Shown piece by piece: positions 22,167-31,945 of a stretch of 64,000 bases of DNA. The stretch spans positions 128,001-192,000 of the forward strand of contig CAWBQK010000013.1 of assembly GCA_963791045.1 (NCBI GenBank). The letters run 5' to 3'. A model generated the notes under the pieces. It did no database searches. It was not told the origin of the DNA and saw only the letters and a program-made list of their open reading frames with translations. Within the stretch, counting starts at the first letter, position 1; each line of letters begins with the position of its first letter. Position numbers and translations under genes: made by a program. The stretch is from Candidatus Latescibacterota bacterium. GTDB lineage: Bacteria; Krumholzibacteriota; Krumholzibacteriia; WVZY01.

Positions 22167-23944
22167 ATGTCAAAACTCATTGTATCCACGATCATAGCTA
22201 TTGTGTTGTGATTGCGCTCGCTGCACCGTCCGGCGCACTGGTAAAATACGATTTTGAACAGAAATTCTTCACCGAGTTCGGCTGGGAAGTGAAAGACCAC
22301 GCGCTGCTTCGTGTTGATGGTGTCTACCATCTCTTCTATCTTCGCGGGGTTGTCGGACAACCCGCTATTGATATCGGCCACGCGACGTCACCGGATCTGA
22401 TTCATTGGGACCGCCACGCCCCCGTTCTTTATACCGGGCCGGACGCCTGGGACGGGTACGCGATTTGGGCCCCTCAGATAATCCCCCTTCCCAACGGCAC
22501 ATACATAATGTATTTCACGGGAATTAGCCGGTACGGCACGCAGCAAACCGGGATCGCTTTGTCACAAGATCTTTGGAACTGGTCTAAACTGCCATGGCCG
22601 GTTTATCATCCCGATCCTTCCTGGGCGCTGTGGGAGGAAGGCACGTGGGCTCACGGTCGCGATCCGTTTGTGTTCGATTACGAAGGCCGTCACTATCAAC
22701 TCCTCACGGCGAAATCGAACACTAACCGCGGCGCGATCGCATGCGCGGTCTCGGACGATCACTATACGTGGGAAGACTTCGGCCCCCTGTACACGCATAC
22801 TAATTGGCATGTCATGGAATCGGTGCAATGCTTCGAACGAAACAACAAGTGGTATCTTTTCTATACGGAGGAAGCAGTAAACGGGACGTCGTGGATGAGC
22901 TCCGACTCGCTGTTCAGCGGTTGGGATGGATCGACGGCGACAGTCGTCGATTTTGGCCATGCCTCCGAAGTGAATGTTTTCGACGATGACCACTACATCT
23001 ATTCCCGGCATTCAATCCACCAGTATGGGGACGAGACATTCCAGCACGTGATTCGTGTCGACACGCTCCGCTGGTCGGGCGACACGCCCTACGTCTACAG
23101 ACCGTGGCCGCTTTTTGGAAATTGGAATCTTGTTTGGGGCAACGCCTTCTTGTACCAGCCAACCTTCCTCAACAACGTTGCCGTCCGCGAGCCGGGTGCT
23201 GAGGTCAACTTCGAGGGAATGTGCTGGTTGAGTTCATACGAACGCTACCAGGGGCCGCTCGGTATCGGCGCGTCCGGAGGGTACCAGGGAGAGAATCCGC
23301 GCGGTGCGATCAAATCGAACGATTTCACGATCACCGGCAATTCGATGAGCCTTCTCGTCGGCGGGGGAAACTTCCCGACTTCGTGTTATGTCGCTCTCGT
23401 GGACGCTCAGACATCCCAGGTTCTCTTCAGAGAAACCGGCAAGAACAGTGACGCGATGGACAGGCGTTATTGGGATCTCCGAGCACACAAAGGCAAGTCG
23501 GCTTACATTGAGATTTCCGACAATTCGGACGCGGTGTTCGGGCACATCAGTTGTGATGATATCGCGGAGTCCTTCAACGTTGTCGGAGGGGATTCAACCA
23601 CCGGCGGCACCACCTCGCGGGACAAGAAGGATCTCCACGCAACTGACAAACAGATAATTGAAACCGTGCCGGAGCTGTTGCAAAACACTCCCAACCCGTT
23701 CAACCCGGTCACGACAATCCCCTACTTCCTGCCGGCGGCGAGCAATGTGGTTCTCGATGTATTCGACGTAAATGGCCGGCGTGTGAAAAGACTGCGCGAT
23801 CAGACGGATGTCCAGGGAACGCATCTGGTCACATGGGACGGCACGAATTCGAACGGAGACACGCTGTCGTCGGGAATCTACTTCTACCGGCTGCAGGTAA
23901 ACGGCAAAACAATTGCGACAAACAAAATGATTCTCCTGAAATAG
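22167..23944 (+). CDS. Secreted five-bladed beta-propeller glycoside hydrolase (GH32/GH43-like) + accessory beta-sandwich + FlgD/T9SS-like CTD; 1-nt frameshift in the signal peptide near 22208
   Basis: KDH..YHLFY, WAPQI, RDPFV, MES motifs; CTD NPFNP..WDG..SSGIYFYRL..KMILLK; ATG 22167 (MSKLIVSTIIAIV) joins frame 22208 (VIALAAPSGA). Confidence 0.75.
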
Positions 23945-23966
23945 CCTGCGCGTCTGGATCAGACAC

Positions 23967-24010
23967 GAAACGGCCATCGTGACCATTCGGTAACGGTGGC
24001 CGTTTTCTTT
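23967..24010 (+). terminator. Rho-independent terminator
   Basis: GAAACGGCCATCGT...ACGGTGGCCGTTTT stem followed by CTTT, just after the stop at 23944. Confidence 0.7.
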
Positions 24011-24035
24011 ACCCCTCGCGATAGTCCGACCACGA

Positions 24036-24139
24036 CGGTGCGGTCTTTCGAAAGGCCCTCGCTCCGCATCGCTCGGCTATCCCCTTCGGGAGGACCGGCG
24101 TTCGCTCCCGCGAAAGGGCCTTTCGAAAGACCCGCACCG
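24036..24139. repeat. ~104-bp palindromic REP/MITE-like element with 24-bp inverted arms
   Basis: CGGTGCGGTCTTTCGAAAGGCCCT (24036-24059) / AGGGCCTTTCGAAAGACCCGCACCG (24115-24139), one extra C in the right arm. Confidence 0.7.
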
Positions 24140-24988
24140 GACGAGAGAAACCGCGTCTATCATTGAGTTCCGGATATAGAGTTTCTTAAGGAGATAGTAG
24201 CCGGCGGTAACAAATAGCTCGTTCACGAAGGGGATTTTGCCGAGAATGGAGGCGTCGATGACGGGGATTCCGTAGCGCAGCGCGAACGAGGGCCGCGACA
24301 AATACATTCGAGAATGCTCGATTCGTAGACCCGCTTCTGCGACACATTTCTCGAATTTACTGAGGGTGAGCCTGATGTCGGACAGCCGCGCGACCTCTCG
24401 ACTGGCAGGATCGGTTCCCGCCGCCATCGAAAGAAACAGCCCTTTGGGAAGAAGTTGAATGAACGGCAGTTTATTATAGGGGACGAAAAGAAATTTCTTC
24501 CGCGGAAGAATCTGCTGATGTGCCCCAAATGGCGAGTAGTAGGGAGGAAATACAACAAAGACACGTCCGTCTTCGCTGAGTTTCTCGCGCACGATTGCCA
24601 GCGCCTCGACGGGGCGATCGAGATGTTCGATCACATCCCTGAACATCACGATATCAAACGGCGCGTGTTCGAAAAATGACGAATTCGCGTCGAAGATGTC
24701 ACCCGCGTAAACGTCGGCGGCGACATTTTCTCTCGAGTTAAAATCGCGCGCGACGGCCACCAGTCTCTCGTCGATGTCCATCATTACAACCCGGCAACCC
24801 TTATTGACGAAAGCGGCCCCGCATCCACCATTGCCGCAGCCCACCTCGAGGATCTTGCGGCCATCGAACTCCACGTTCCAGCCGGCGAGCGCCGGGATCA
24901 GATAATTATCGGCAAGTGTCGCCTGGTAACGCCTGTAGTGGGCCTCCCAGTCTTCGCTTGAAAAATCTCGCTTTACCGTTGTTCGCAT
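24077..24988 (-). CDS. Class I SAM-dependent methyltransferase
   Basis: ILEVGCGNGG, FRDVIEHL, FPPYYSPFGAHQQ; likely start ATG 24988; tail runs into the palindromic element. Confidence 0.85.
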   Translation of the reverse strand: MRTTVKRDFSSEDWEAHYRRYQATLADNYLIPALAGWNVEFDGRKILEVGCGNGGCGAAFVNKGCRVVMMDIDERLVAVARDFNSRENVAADVYAGDIFDANSSFFEHAPFDIVMFRDVIEHLDRPVEALAIVREKLSEDGRVFVVFPPYYSPFGAHQQILPRKKFLFVPYNKLPFIQLLPKGLFLSMAAGTDPASREVARLSDIRLTLSKFEKCVAEAGLRIEHSRMYLSRPSFALRYGIPVIDASILGKIPFVNELFVTAGYYLLKKLYIRNSMIDAVSLVRCGSFERPFRGSERRSSRRG

Positions 24989-25006
24989 AGGTATTAAATT
25001 GAATGC

Positions 25007-25669
25007 ATGAGACATACTTTGGTTTTTCTGGCACTGATCATAGCATTTGCCGCAACAAATGCAATCTCACAACCCCCACCCGAAGAAGAAAAAAAGGATC
25101 CCGACAAAGAGAGACTGGGCCTGCGCTTTGGCTACGCCAAAACCGAGTGTGGTCTCAACGAGTCGTTCGGTTCCGGAGTGAACCTTGCCGTGCACTGGAT
25201 CACGCGACTCAAGAAACCGTTGTTTGTGGATATCACATTCGGCGCGATCTACATGGGCAAGACCCATCGAACCGATATTACACGAATGGTTTTCGGCACC
25301 GATTTCGACAAGGTAACGATGCGGATCATGACCATCACGGCGGCGCCGCTGATCGAAATACCGTACGGCAGAACGAGCATTTACCTGTCGGGAGGCGGGG
25401 GGCTTTACGTGGCGAGCGTTATCCTCGATCAGGACATCCAGCAATTCGACCTGTCAAACAATCACTTCGGCGTCACCGCCAGCGCCGGTTTGTTCCGTCG
25501 GATCACCACCAACTGGGCCCTCGACGTTAATTTCCAAATCCACAAATTCTGGACGAACAGCGAGGACCACAGATCGAGAAATCCCGACTGGGTCTATATT
25601 TACTCCGAGGGCGACACCGACCCGTTTTTCTGGTTGGCAACCGCCGGCGTTACGCTCCGGCTCTTCTAA
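25007..25669 (+). CDS. Outer-membrane beta-barrel protein
   Basis: Signal peptide, amphipathic strands (YLSGGGGLY, FGVTASAG), C-terminal Phe (GVTLRLF). Confidence 0.75.
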   Translation: MRHTLVFLALIIAFAATNAISQPPPEEEKKDPDKERLGLRFGYAKTECGLNESFGSGVNLAVHWITRLKKPLFVDITFGAIYMGKTHRTDITRMVFGTDFDKVTMRIMTITAAPLIEIPYGRTSIYLSGGGGLYVASVILDQDIQQFDLSNNHFGVTASAGLFRRITTNWALDVNFQIHKFWTNSEDHRSRNPDWVYIYSEGDTDPFFWLATAGVTLRLF

Positions 25670-25705
25670 TCCTCGTTCTTGATTTCAAACCTTTGAAAGC
25701 AAAGC

Positions 25706-27751
25706 CTACTGACCTTCGGCTTCGATCGCGATCCGGAGCTTGTCGAGGGTTTCCGAGGCTCCCTTGTCCTCGGGCCGCATCTCGAGGTATGTGGACAGGC
25801 GGTCGGCCGCATCTTGCAGCCGTTTCGATTGGATGTAAACCATCGCAAGGTTTTTGTGGGAATTCGCGTAACCGGGATCCAACTCGATAGCCTTCTCAAG
25901 AACGGGGACGGCTTCTTCTGGTTTCCCGGACTCGGCAAGCGCCGCCCCAAGATTGTTGTACGCTTTTATATAGCGGTCGTTCATCTCAATTACTTTTTTG
26001 AAAGACTCGATCGCCTTTTCGGGCTCCCCCATCTCCATATAGGTAATTCCAAGATTATTGTATGCCTCGGTCTTCACCGGATCGAGCTTGATGGCAAGCT
26101 GATATTCCTCGATCGCCGGTTGGTACATTTTGACGCGGCGAAGCGCCTGCGCGAAATCATATCTGACGCTCGAGAGATCGGGAGATATCTTGAGCGCTTT
26201 GGAATAACTTTCTATCGCTTTGAAGTAATTTCCCATTTCCTTGTAAATTATTGCGCGGTGCACATACGCGTCGGAAACATTTGGATGAATCGCCACCGCC
26301 TTGTCAATTTCCTCTATCGCCGCAGCGAATTCGCCAACGGTGCTCAACCGCCGTCCTTCGTGTATGTGTTCCCTCCATATAACATCTTCATCGGGGAGGG
26401 CGAACAACGCCGGCCGGGTCCCGGCCATAATGAGCAGAAACAACCCGAGGGGAACGACGCCACGGCGGATGCCTTTCACGGCGGTCGGCAACACGACTAC
26501 AAGGCCATATGCGGCGAACAGGCAGAGAATCGGCACTATCTGGATCCGGTAGCGCGCGGTAACAAAAAAGAGGATGATCGAAAAAGCGTAAGACAAAATG
26601 AAACCGTAAAGCAGAAAGTGTTTCCTCCACGATCGCAGAAGGTAAATCATCCCAAGCAGCCCGAGACTCAGAATAGTCCAGAAGTTGATGAACAAAAGAC
26701 GCAGCGTGCCATATTTCTGCCGGGTTATATCGAAGCTCTCTATCTGAGGTATTTCGTAACCGTTGAAAAATAACGCCGTCTTTTTGAGCAAGAGAAGAAC
26801 TTCGCTGCCGGGATTGCTCTTGATGAAATTCCAGGACTGGCCGAACCAGTAATTTGAAATTTCTGACGCCTTCATATCGCGGCCAAATATCCGTTCGACG
26901 TGGCTCCGCGTCGCCGTGTCGGTTTCGAAGGTGATTCCCCGCGGGGGATAGAAATAACCCGTCGCCTCTTCACCGTTTCCTATGAAAAAGTTTACGCCGC
27001 CGTTCGATGTGATCAGGACAAAGTCATCCCCGGCGACCGCGTTGTGAATCGTCGCCGGCATGATCGCCAGCATTGCCGCGAAACACACAGCCAGCGCCTT
27101 GAGAAAACGCCGGTCTTCACGCGAGACAAAGAGAACCCAGACAAGCACAACGGGGAGATACACGAGGATATTTGCCCTCGCCAGCGCGGAGAGACCGATG
27201 AGAAATCCGGCAATCAAATATTTGGAATACCCCGTGTTGTCCTTCATCCTGTGAAGCACGTAAATTGCCGTCAGGTTGATGAGCGTGCCCATCCACATCA
27301 TTAACATCAGGCCTTCATAAAATGTAATCGCTCCGTAGAGCGCGAGCATGACAATCGCAACAAAGGCGATCGACGGACGAAAAATTTCCTTGCCGATCAA
27401 ATATGTGAGCATCAAAGCTATCGAACCCGCGAAAACCTGGAGGATTCGGATAATCATGAAATCACGGCCGAAAACCCCATAAACGGCGGCGAGCAGATAA
27501 GGGTACAGCGGCCCCATAAAGAAAGCGTCGTTCCGAACGATATTGCCGCCCAGGATATCGATCGCTTCCTTGTCGTAGTATTTGGTATCCATTATCGGCA
27601 CAAGGGTATGGAGGGCATCGGCGCTCTGGATCACGTAGATGAGCTTGAGAAGAAAGGACACGGCAACAAATACGATCAGCCACCGGGAGTTGGAAGTGAG
27701 CAGGCGATCGAACCGGTCGAGCCGGGAGAGCTGGGGAGAGTCGATATCCAT
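25706..27751 (-). CDS. GT-C (GT39/ArnT-like) membrane glycosyltransferase with C-terminal TPRs
   Basis: MD..YD, PLYPYLLA, many TMs, NGGVNFFIGN, ARYR, about six TPRs. Confidence 0.8.
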   Translation of the reverse strand: MDIDSPQLSRLDRFDRLLTSNSRWLIVFVAVSFLLKLIYVIQSADALHTLVPIMDTKYYDKEAIDILGGNIVRNDAFFMGPLYPYLLAAVYGVFGRDFMIIRILQVFAGSIALMLTYLIGKEIFRPSIAFVAIVMLALYGAITFYEGLMLMMWMGTLINLTAIYVLHRMKDNTGYSKYLIAGFLIGLSALARANILVYLPVVLVWVLFVSREDRRFLKALAVCFAAMLAIMPATIHNAVAGDDFVLITSNGGVNFFIGNGEEATGYFYPPRGITFETDTATRSHVERIFGRDMKASEISNYWFGQSWNFIKSNPGSEVLLLLKKTALFFNGYEIPQIESFDITRQKYGTLRLLFINFWTILSLGLLGMIYLLRSWRKHFLLYGFILSYAFSIILFFVTARYRIQIVPILCLFAAYGLVVVLPTAVKGIRRGVVPLGLFLLIMAGTRPALFALPDEDVIWREHIHEGRRLSTVGEFAAAIEEIDKAVAIHPNVSDAYVHRAIIYKEMGNYFKAIESYSKALKISPDLSSVRYDFAQALRRVKMYQPAIEEYQLAIKLDPVKTEAYNNLGITYMEMGEPEKAIESFKKVIEMNDRYIKAYNNLGAALAESGKPEEAVPVLEKAIELDPGYANSHKNLAMVYIQSKRLQDAADRLSTYLEMRPEDKGASETLDKLRIAIEAEGQ

Positions 27752-27856
27752 GTCAGAAAAGTTAATTCAATATCGTCTCCCACCGCAAGGAATTCTCTTG
27801 ACGATTGCAGGGGCGTATCAATAGGCTCCTTCGATGAAAGGAGCAACCATAATATT

Positions 27857-28399
27857 ATGAGCTATCGCGATGAACTATTCGATTTGCTAATGAAGTACTC
27901 GTTCAAACGAGGTGATTTCACGCTATCCTCCGGCCAGAAGAGCAACTACTACATCGACGGAAAACACACGACCCTCGACTCGCGGGGGAGTTTCCTGGTC
28001 GCCAAGGTCTTTCTTGCCTTGATAGCGGACGATGTTCCCAACGCCATCGCCGGGCTCACGCTGGGGGCCGATCCAATCATCGGCTCGATGCTCACTCTCG
28101 CAGGCATGGAGGATCTGCCGCTCAAAGGGTTGATAGTCCGCAAGGAACCGAAGTCACACGGAACGCAGTCGCTCGTCGAAGGAACGGTGGGAGAAGGCGA
28201 CCGGGTGGTCATTATAGAGGATGTCCTGACGACTGGATCGTCATCCATAAAGGCCATCGACGCCGTCCGCGACCTGGGCTGCAGCGTCGACCGTGTTCTT
28301 GCTATCGTGGATCGGGAACAAGGCGCCAGGGAAAATCTCAGAGAAGCGGGCTGCCGGATGGAAGCAATTTTCTCGATTGAAGAGTTACTCCGGGCCTGA
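27857..28399 (+). CDS. pyrE: Orotate phosphoribosyltransferase
   Basis: GDFTLSSGQKSNYYID, VRKEPKSHG, PRPP motif IIEDVLTTGSS; AAGGAG SD upstream. Confidence 0.95.
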   Translation: MSYRDELFDLLMKYSFKRGDFTLSSGQKSNYYIDGKHTTLDSRGSFLVAKVFLALIADDVPNAIAGLTLGADPIIGSMLTLAGMEDLPLKGLIVRKEPKSHGTQSLVEGTVGEGDRVVIIEDVLTTGSSSIKAIDAVRDLGCSVDRVLAIVDREQGARENLREAGCRMEAIFSIEELLRA

Positions 28400-29575
28400 T
28401 TCGCGTCCGGTTGTTTCGAGCCGTTCGGCAAACCTGGCGTATACCTTGCCCAACACGAACCCCCCGGCCAACAGGGCATACACAGCGGCTGCGGCATATA
28501 ACACATGATTGAGCACGGGCACTCCGTGGAAAAGCCTGCCGCCCAACAACACGGCGCTCAGCAGAATCACGTTGAACAACACGGCGGCGAGATACTCGAG
28601 TTCCATGACCCGAATTGTTTCGACTATCCCTCGCGGATCGATCATTTCGATCAATCTCTTGTTGGATGACGCGATGATCGACAAGATTGCGGGCAAGAAA
28701 AGAAGCACCGAAGTAATACCCGCCACGGTTATCACCGGACTTTTCTCAATGGTTGCGACGATGTCCGACCCCACGCCCTTCCCCAGAACAATCAGAACCC
28801 CGGCGGCCGCGATGAACGGTAACAGCAGAACAGCGGTGTTGATAAGCGCGGCCGACATCGGTTTCAGCACACGGCCCGAAAAGTCTTTGGTGAGGGGATG
28901 CCACAGCGGGGGTTTGCGTTCGCCGTTTTGTGATGAGCGAACCGTCTCGATCGCCCAGAGAAACATCACAAGAACGGCCGGGATTAGCGACCACAGGGTG
29001 AACGAGAGCACCGCCAGGACCGCTGTTGGAACGGCGAAATAAACCGCACCCCGTGCAAACGGGTATGCGAATATTGCGACCGGTTCCTCCCACACGTGCG
29101 GCGGCTTGTCGAGGAACCTGAGCGTGCGCCATTCGGAGGCGCGGAGATTCCGTTTGGCTTCCTGGGCAACACGGGGATGATAGGGACTGATTTCGAGGGC
29201 ACGTTGGTAGTGCCCGTGCGCCGCATCCGTATCTCCCTTGGCAAGCGCGAGCTCTCCGGCGTTGAGCGCGAGGTCGATGTCATCGGGGGTCTCGCGCAGT
29301 TCGCCGACAACGGCCTCGTACCGATCGTTGATGGCCTCGAGTTGCGCCGCGTCCCCCGGAGATTCCGTCCCAACCGCCGGGTTGGTTTCAAAATACTCTC
29401 CGAGCGGAGTATCGATAAGTGCCTTCCAGCCATTGTCTTCCGGGATAAAGATGAGACTCCGGGGCGATATCCGCCTTGCCTGACACATGGCCACAAGATC
29501 GGCCCACTCCCAGGTTTCTTCCTTTAAAGCCCCTTCCTGGAGCACTGAATATTGCGTATTTTTCGTGCTTTGCAT
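28385..29575 (-). CDS. Hypothetical membrane protein (small N-terminal domain, TPR, DUF4013-like TM region)
   Basis: TPR (HYQRALEISP), FAYPF, PPLW and several TMs. Confidence 0.6.
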   Translation of the reverse strand: MQSTKNTQYSVLQEGALKEETWEWADLVAMCQARRISPRSLIFIPEDNGWKALIDTPLGEYFETNPAVGTESPGDAAQLEAINDRYEAVVGELRETPDDIDLALNAGELALAKGDTDAAHGHYQRALEISPYHPRVAQEAKRNLRASEWRTLRFLDKPPHVWEEPVAIFAYPFARGAVYFAVPTAVLAVLSFTLWSLIPAVLVMFLWAIETVRSSQNGERKPPLWHPLTKDFSGRVLKPMSAALINTAVLLLPFIAAAGVLIVLGKGVGSDIVATIEKSPVITVAGITSVLLFLPAILSIIASSNKRLIEMIDPRGIVETIRVMELEYLAAVLFNVILLSAVLLGGRLFHGVPVLNHVLYAAAAVYALLAGGFVLGKVYARFAERLETTGRESGPE

Positions 29576-29677
29576 CGTTTTCCCGCGTGTTGATGTGTAA
29601 ATGGGACATCCACGCGAGAATATGCACGCTCCGTGCCAAAAAGTTCCCGATCGGGTTATGTAGCAAGGAGATACGGG

Positions 29678-30760
29678 CTACTGGCCGCCGGTCCAGAAGT
29701 CGCCGTCAGAGTCACCCAGGCAGACATGCCAGGGTTCGAGGGTGTGGAGCCAGTCCAAGGGAATGTGCCCGCGCCAGTTTGCGATCACCCAGGTGTGACC
29801 GCCTCTTCTTGGGAGGAATCCGAACCCTTTGAGGAGCTTCACAGCAGCGGGCTGTGTCGTCATAAAGGAGAGGGTCTCGACACCCGCTTCGACCGCCTCG
29901 ACGATCACGCGAGCCAGCATCCGTTCGAGCGTTTTCGTATCGCCCTTCTCGACGAGATAATCGACGATCACCGCACGGTTCTCGCCGGACCCTGAGTGCG
30001 GTAGCCTCCAAATGAGATAACCCTTCGAGTCCATCATGATTTTGCGGTAAGACACAACCGGGTGTTGGGTGTATTTCCAGTTCAAAAACTCCGCGTCGCG
30101 GAACGCTGCGATACCATAACCTCCAAGCATTTCAAGCCAGTCGGCATCATGCGCTGGGTCAAAGGCATCGACCTCTGGAATCAATTCAACTCCACCCGCA
30201 TTCTTGATAATGGACGTCGCCTTGCGGAGAGCGCGTGCCCTCGCCACACCAAGCGCCACACGAGTTGCCGCTCCCTTCACCGCCGTGAAGCCCTGCCGGT
30301 TCGCAAAACCCATTGTATCGAGGACAAGCGTTTGTGTGGTCGGCGGAATCATCTCGTCGAATCCTCCTCCGCGATGGATCTTGTGGCAAGGCACGTTCAT
30401 CCACATGCCGCCGGGAAGAAATTCGCCCCCATCCTGCGCCTTTGCAACAAGGAGCCCCGCCAGACCCTTGCCCCTGTAATCCGGATCAACGAGAAGATCG
30501 TGTGTAATTCGGACAGGCACCCGCTTGCCTTCGATGATGTAATCGGCGGGCATGTGCCCCATACTCCCAGCCACACGGTCGCCGTGGAGAACGATATGAC
30601 GCAAAGGGGCCCTGTCCCTCAACGGCAACGCATCGTTGAGCCAGGCAAGCGCCACCTTGCGCGTGGAGAATTTCTCAGTACCGAGGACCTTTTCGAGGAA
30701 CCGATACAGTTCGGGCTCATGTTTATCTCTGTCGTACGCGACAACCGGATATGTGTCCAT
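29678..30760 (-). CDS. GNAT family N-acetyltransferase
   Basis: DLLVDPDYRGKGLA acetyl-CoA motif; RDAEFLNWKY..HP; C-terminal GDSD. Confidence 0.75.
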   Translation of the reverse strand: MDTYPVVAYDRDKHEPELYRFLEKVLGTEKFSTRKVALAWLNDALPLRDRAPLRHIVLHGDRVAGSMGHMPADYIIEGKRVPVRITHDLLVDPDYRGKGLAGLLVAKAQDGGEFLPGGMWMNVPCHKIHRGGGFDEMIPPTTQTLVLDTMGFANRQGFTAVKGAATRVALGVARARALRKATSIIKNAGGVELIPEVDAFDPAHDADWLEMLGGYGIAAFRDAEFLNWKYTQHPVVSYRKIMMDSKGYLIWRLPHSGSGENRAVIVDYLVEKGDTKTLERMLARVIVEAVEAGVETLSFMTTQPAAVKLLKGFGFLPRRGGHTWVIANWRGHIPLDWLHTLEPWHVCLGDSDGDFWTGGQ

Positions 30761-30805
30761 CGTTACAAGGCTCTCTTTCCGAAGTCGTCACTCCCCGCAG
30801 GGAGA

Positions 30806-31858
30806 TCATCTCCCAAGCGAGACGATCCGTTTAATCCCTCGAAAAAAACTGGGGAATCCACTCATTTCTGCGGCAAACTCCGCCGCTGTGGTTTCGTTGT
30901 TCGCTAGTGTGTATCGTGGGATTTCAAAACGATTCTGTCTGCGTGACACTCGCCTGGTTATTGTCGTCACCGCACTTCGATATCCAGCCTCGCGTACCGC
31001 CGTTCCCGTCTCTGCATTGAAATCCCCCACTCCACCGTTCGGATACCCGAAATCGAGACACGGCCGCCCGGTCGTGTCCTCAATGAATTTCTTGCTCTCA
31101 CCAAGTTCCATTCTGAGCTGTCCCGGAGTGCATCGCGAGAGAATTTTGTGGTTGCGAGTGTGTGAGCCGACGGTAATCCCGGACTCGTGCATGTTATCGA
31201 GATCCCCGGGTCGAAGAGGAAAATGCCCGCGCCAGGCCGTCATCAGATCTCGCTCGTCAACACCAAGCGCATCGACAATTTCATCGACGAATTCGACCCG
31301 CTTGATATCGGGAAGCGACTTGCACATCGTTCGAACTGCCACGTCGGCCGTGATCTTATCCTCATCGGTCGCGATAGAAAGACCACCGGCTTCGCCATCC
31401 CGTTTCAGTGTGAGGTGGGTTTTTTTTGTCGCCGCCAGGGCACTCATGATGCGGTCGGTCCAAAGCATCGAACCATCTCGGACGAACTCCGAAACAACGT
31501 AGATCGTCGAGGGAATCCCAAGTTTTGTGAGTACCGGGGCCGCGTTTGTCCAAACATTTCGATAGCCGTCGTCGAATGTAACCGCAACCGCACGCTCCGG
31601 CAGTTCCGCCCCTCCTTCAATCCAATCCACAATCCGCTGCAGCGAAACCGGATGGTAGAACTCGTGGAGATACTCCATCATCGTAGAAAAAATCGGAAGA
31701 TAAAGGTGTTTCCCCTGGTAATTACAGATATTGCCTGGTTTTTCACTGGTGACACCGTGGAATGCCAGGATAATCGGTTTTTTTCTGTTCAAATATGCAA
31801 ACTGCCGGGAAACCACCGACGCTCCCGGCATTCTGACGATTGTTCTTTTCAACGGCAT
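30806..31858 (-). CDS. Polysaccharide deacetylase (CE4)
   Basis: ILAFHGV, VTFDDGY, GSHTRNH, FGYPNG motifs. Confidence 0.88.
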   Translation of the reverse strand: MPLKRTIVRMPGASVVSRQFAYLNRKKPIILAFHGVTSEKPGNICNYQGKHLYLPIFSTMMEYLHEFYHPVSLQRIVDWIEGGAELPERAVAVTFDDGYRNVWTNAAPVLTKLGIPSTIYVVSEFVRDGSMLWTDRIMSALAATKKTHLTLKRDGEAGGLSIATDEDKITADVAVRTMCKSLPDIKRVEFVDEIVDALGVDERDLMTAWRGHFPLRPGDLDNMHESGITVGSHTRNHKILSRCTPGQLRMELGESKKFIEDTTGRPCLDFGYPNGGVGDFNAETGTAVREAGYRSAVTTITRRVSRRQNRFEIPRYTLANNETTAAEFAAEMSGFPSFFRGIKRIVSLGR

Positions 31859-31867
31859 CCTCAAAGA

Positions 31868-31891
31868 GGCGCCCACCATTCGGTGGGCGCC
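31868..31891 (-). terminator. Perfect 10-bp hairpin, possible terminator or attenuator
   Basis: GGCGCCCACC-ATTC-GGTGGGCGCC, followed on the minus strand by TCTTT, then GAGG and ATG. Confidence 0.4.
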
Positions 31892-31945
31892 ATCCTGAAA
31901 GTTGTCAAGATACCTGTCAATCTTCCAACGCAGAATCGCCCGCCG

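Noticed and set aside
31902-31920. Tandem TGTCAA repeats resembling a Pho box
   Set aside because: The 12-bp period does not match the 11-bp Pho spacing; it is equally explained as -35 elements on the minus strand
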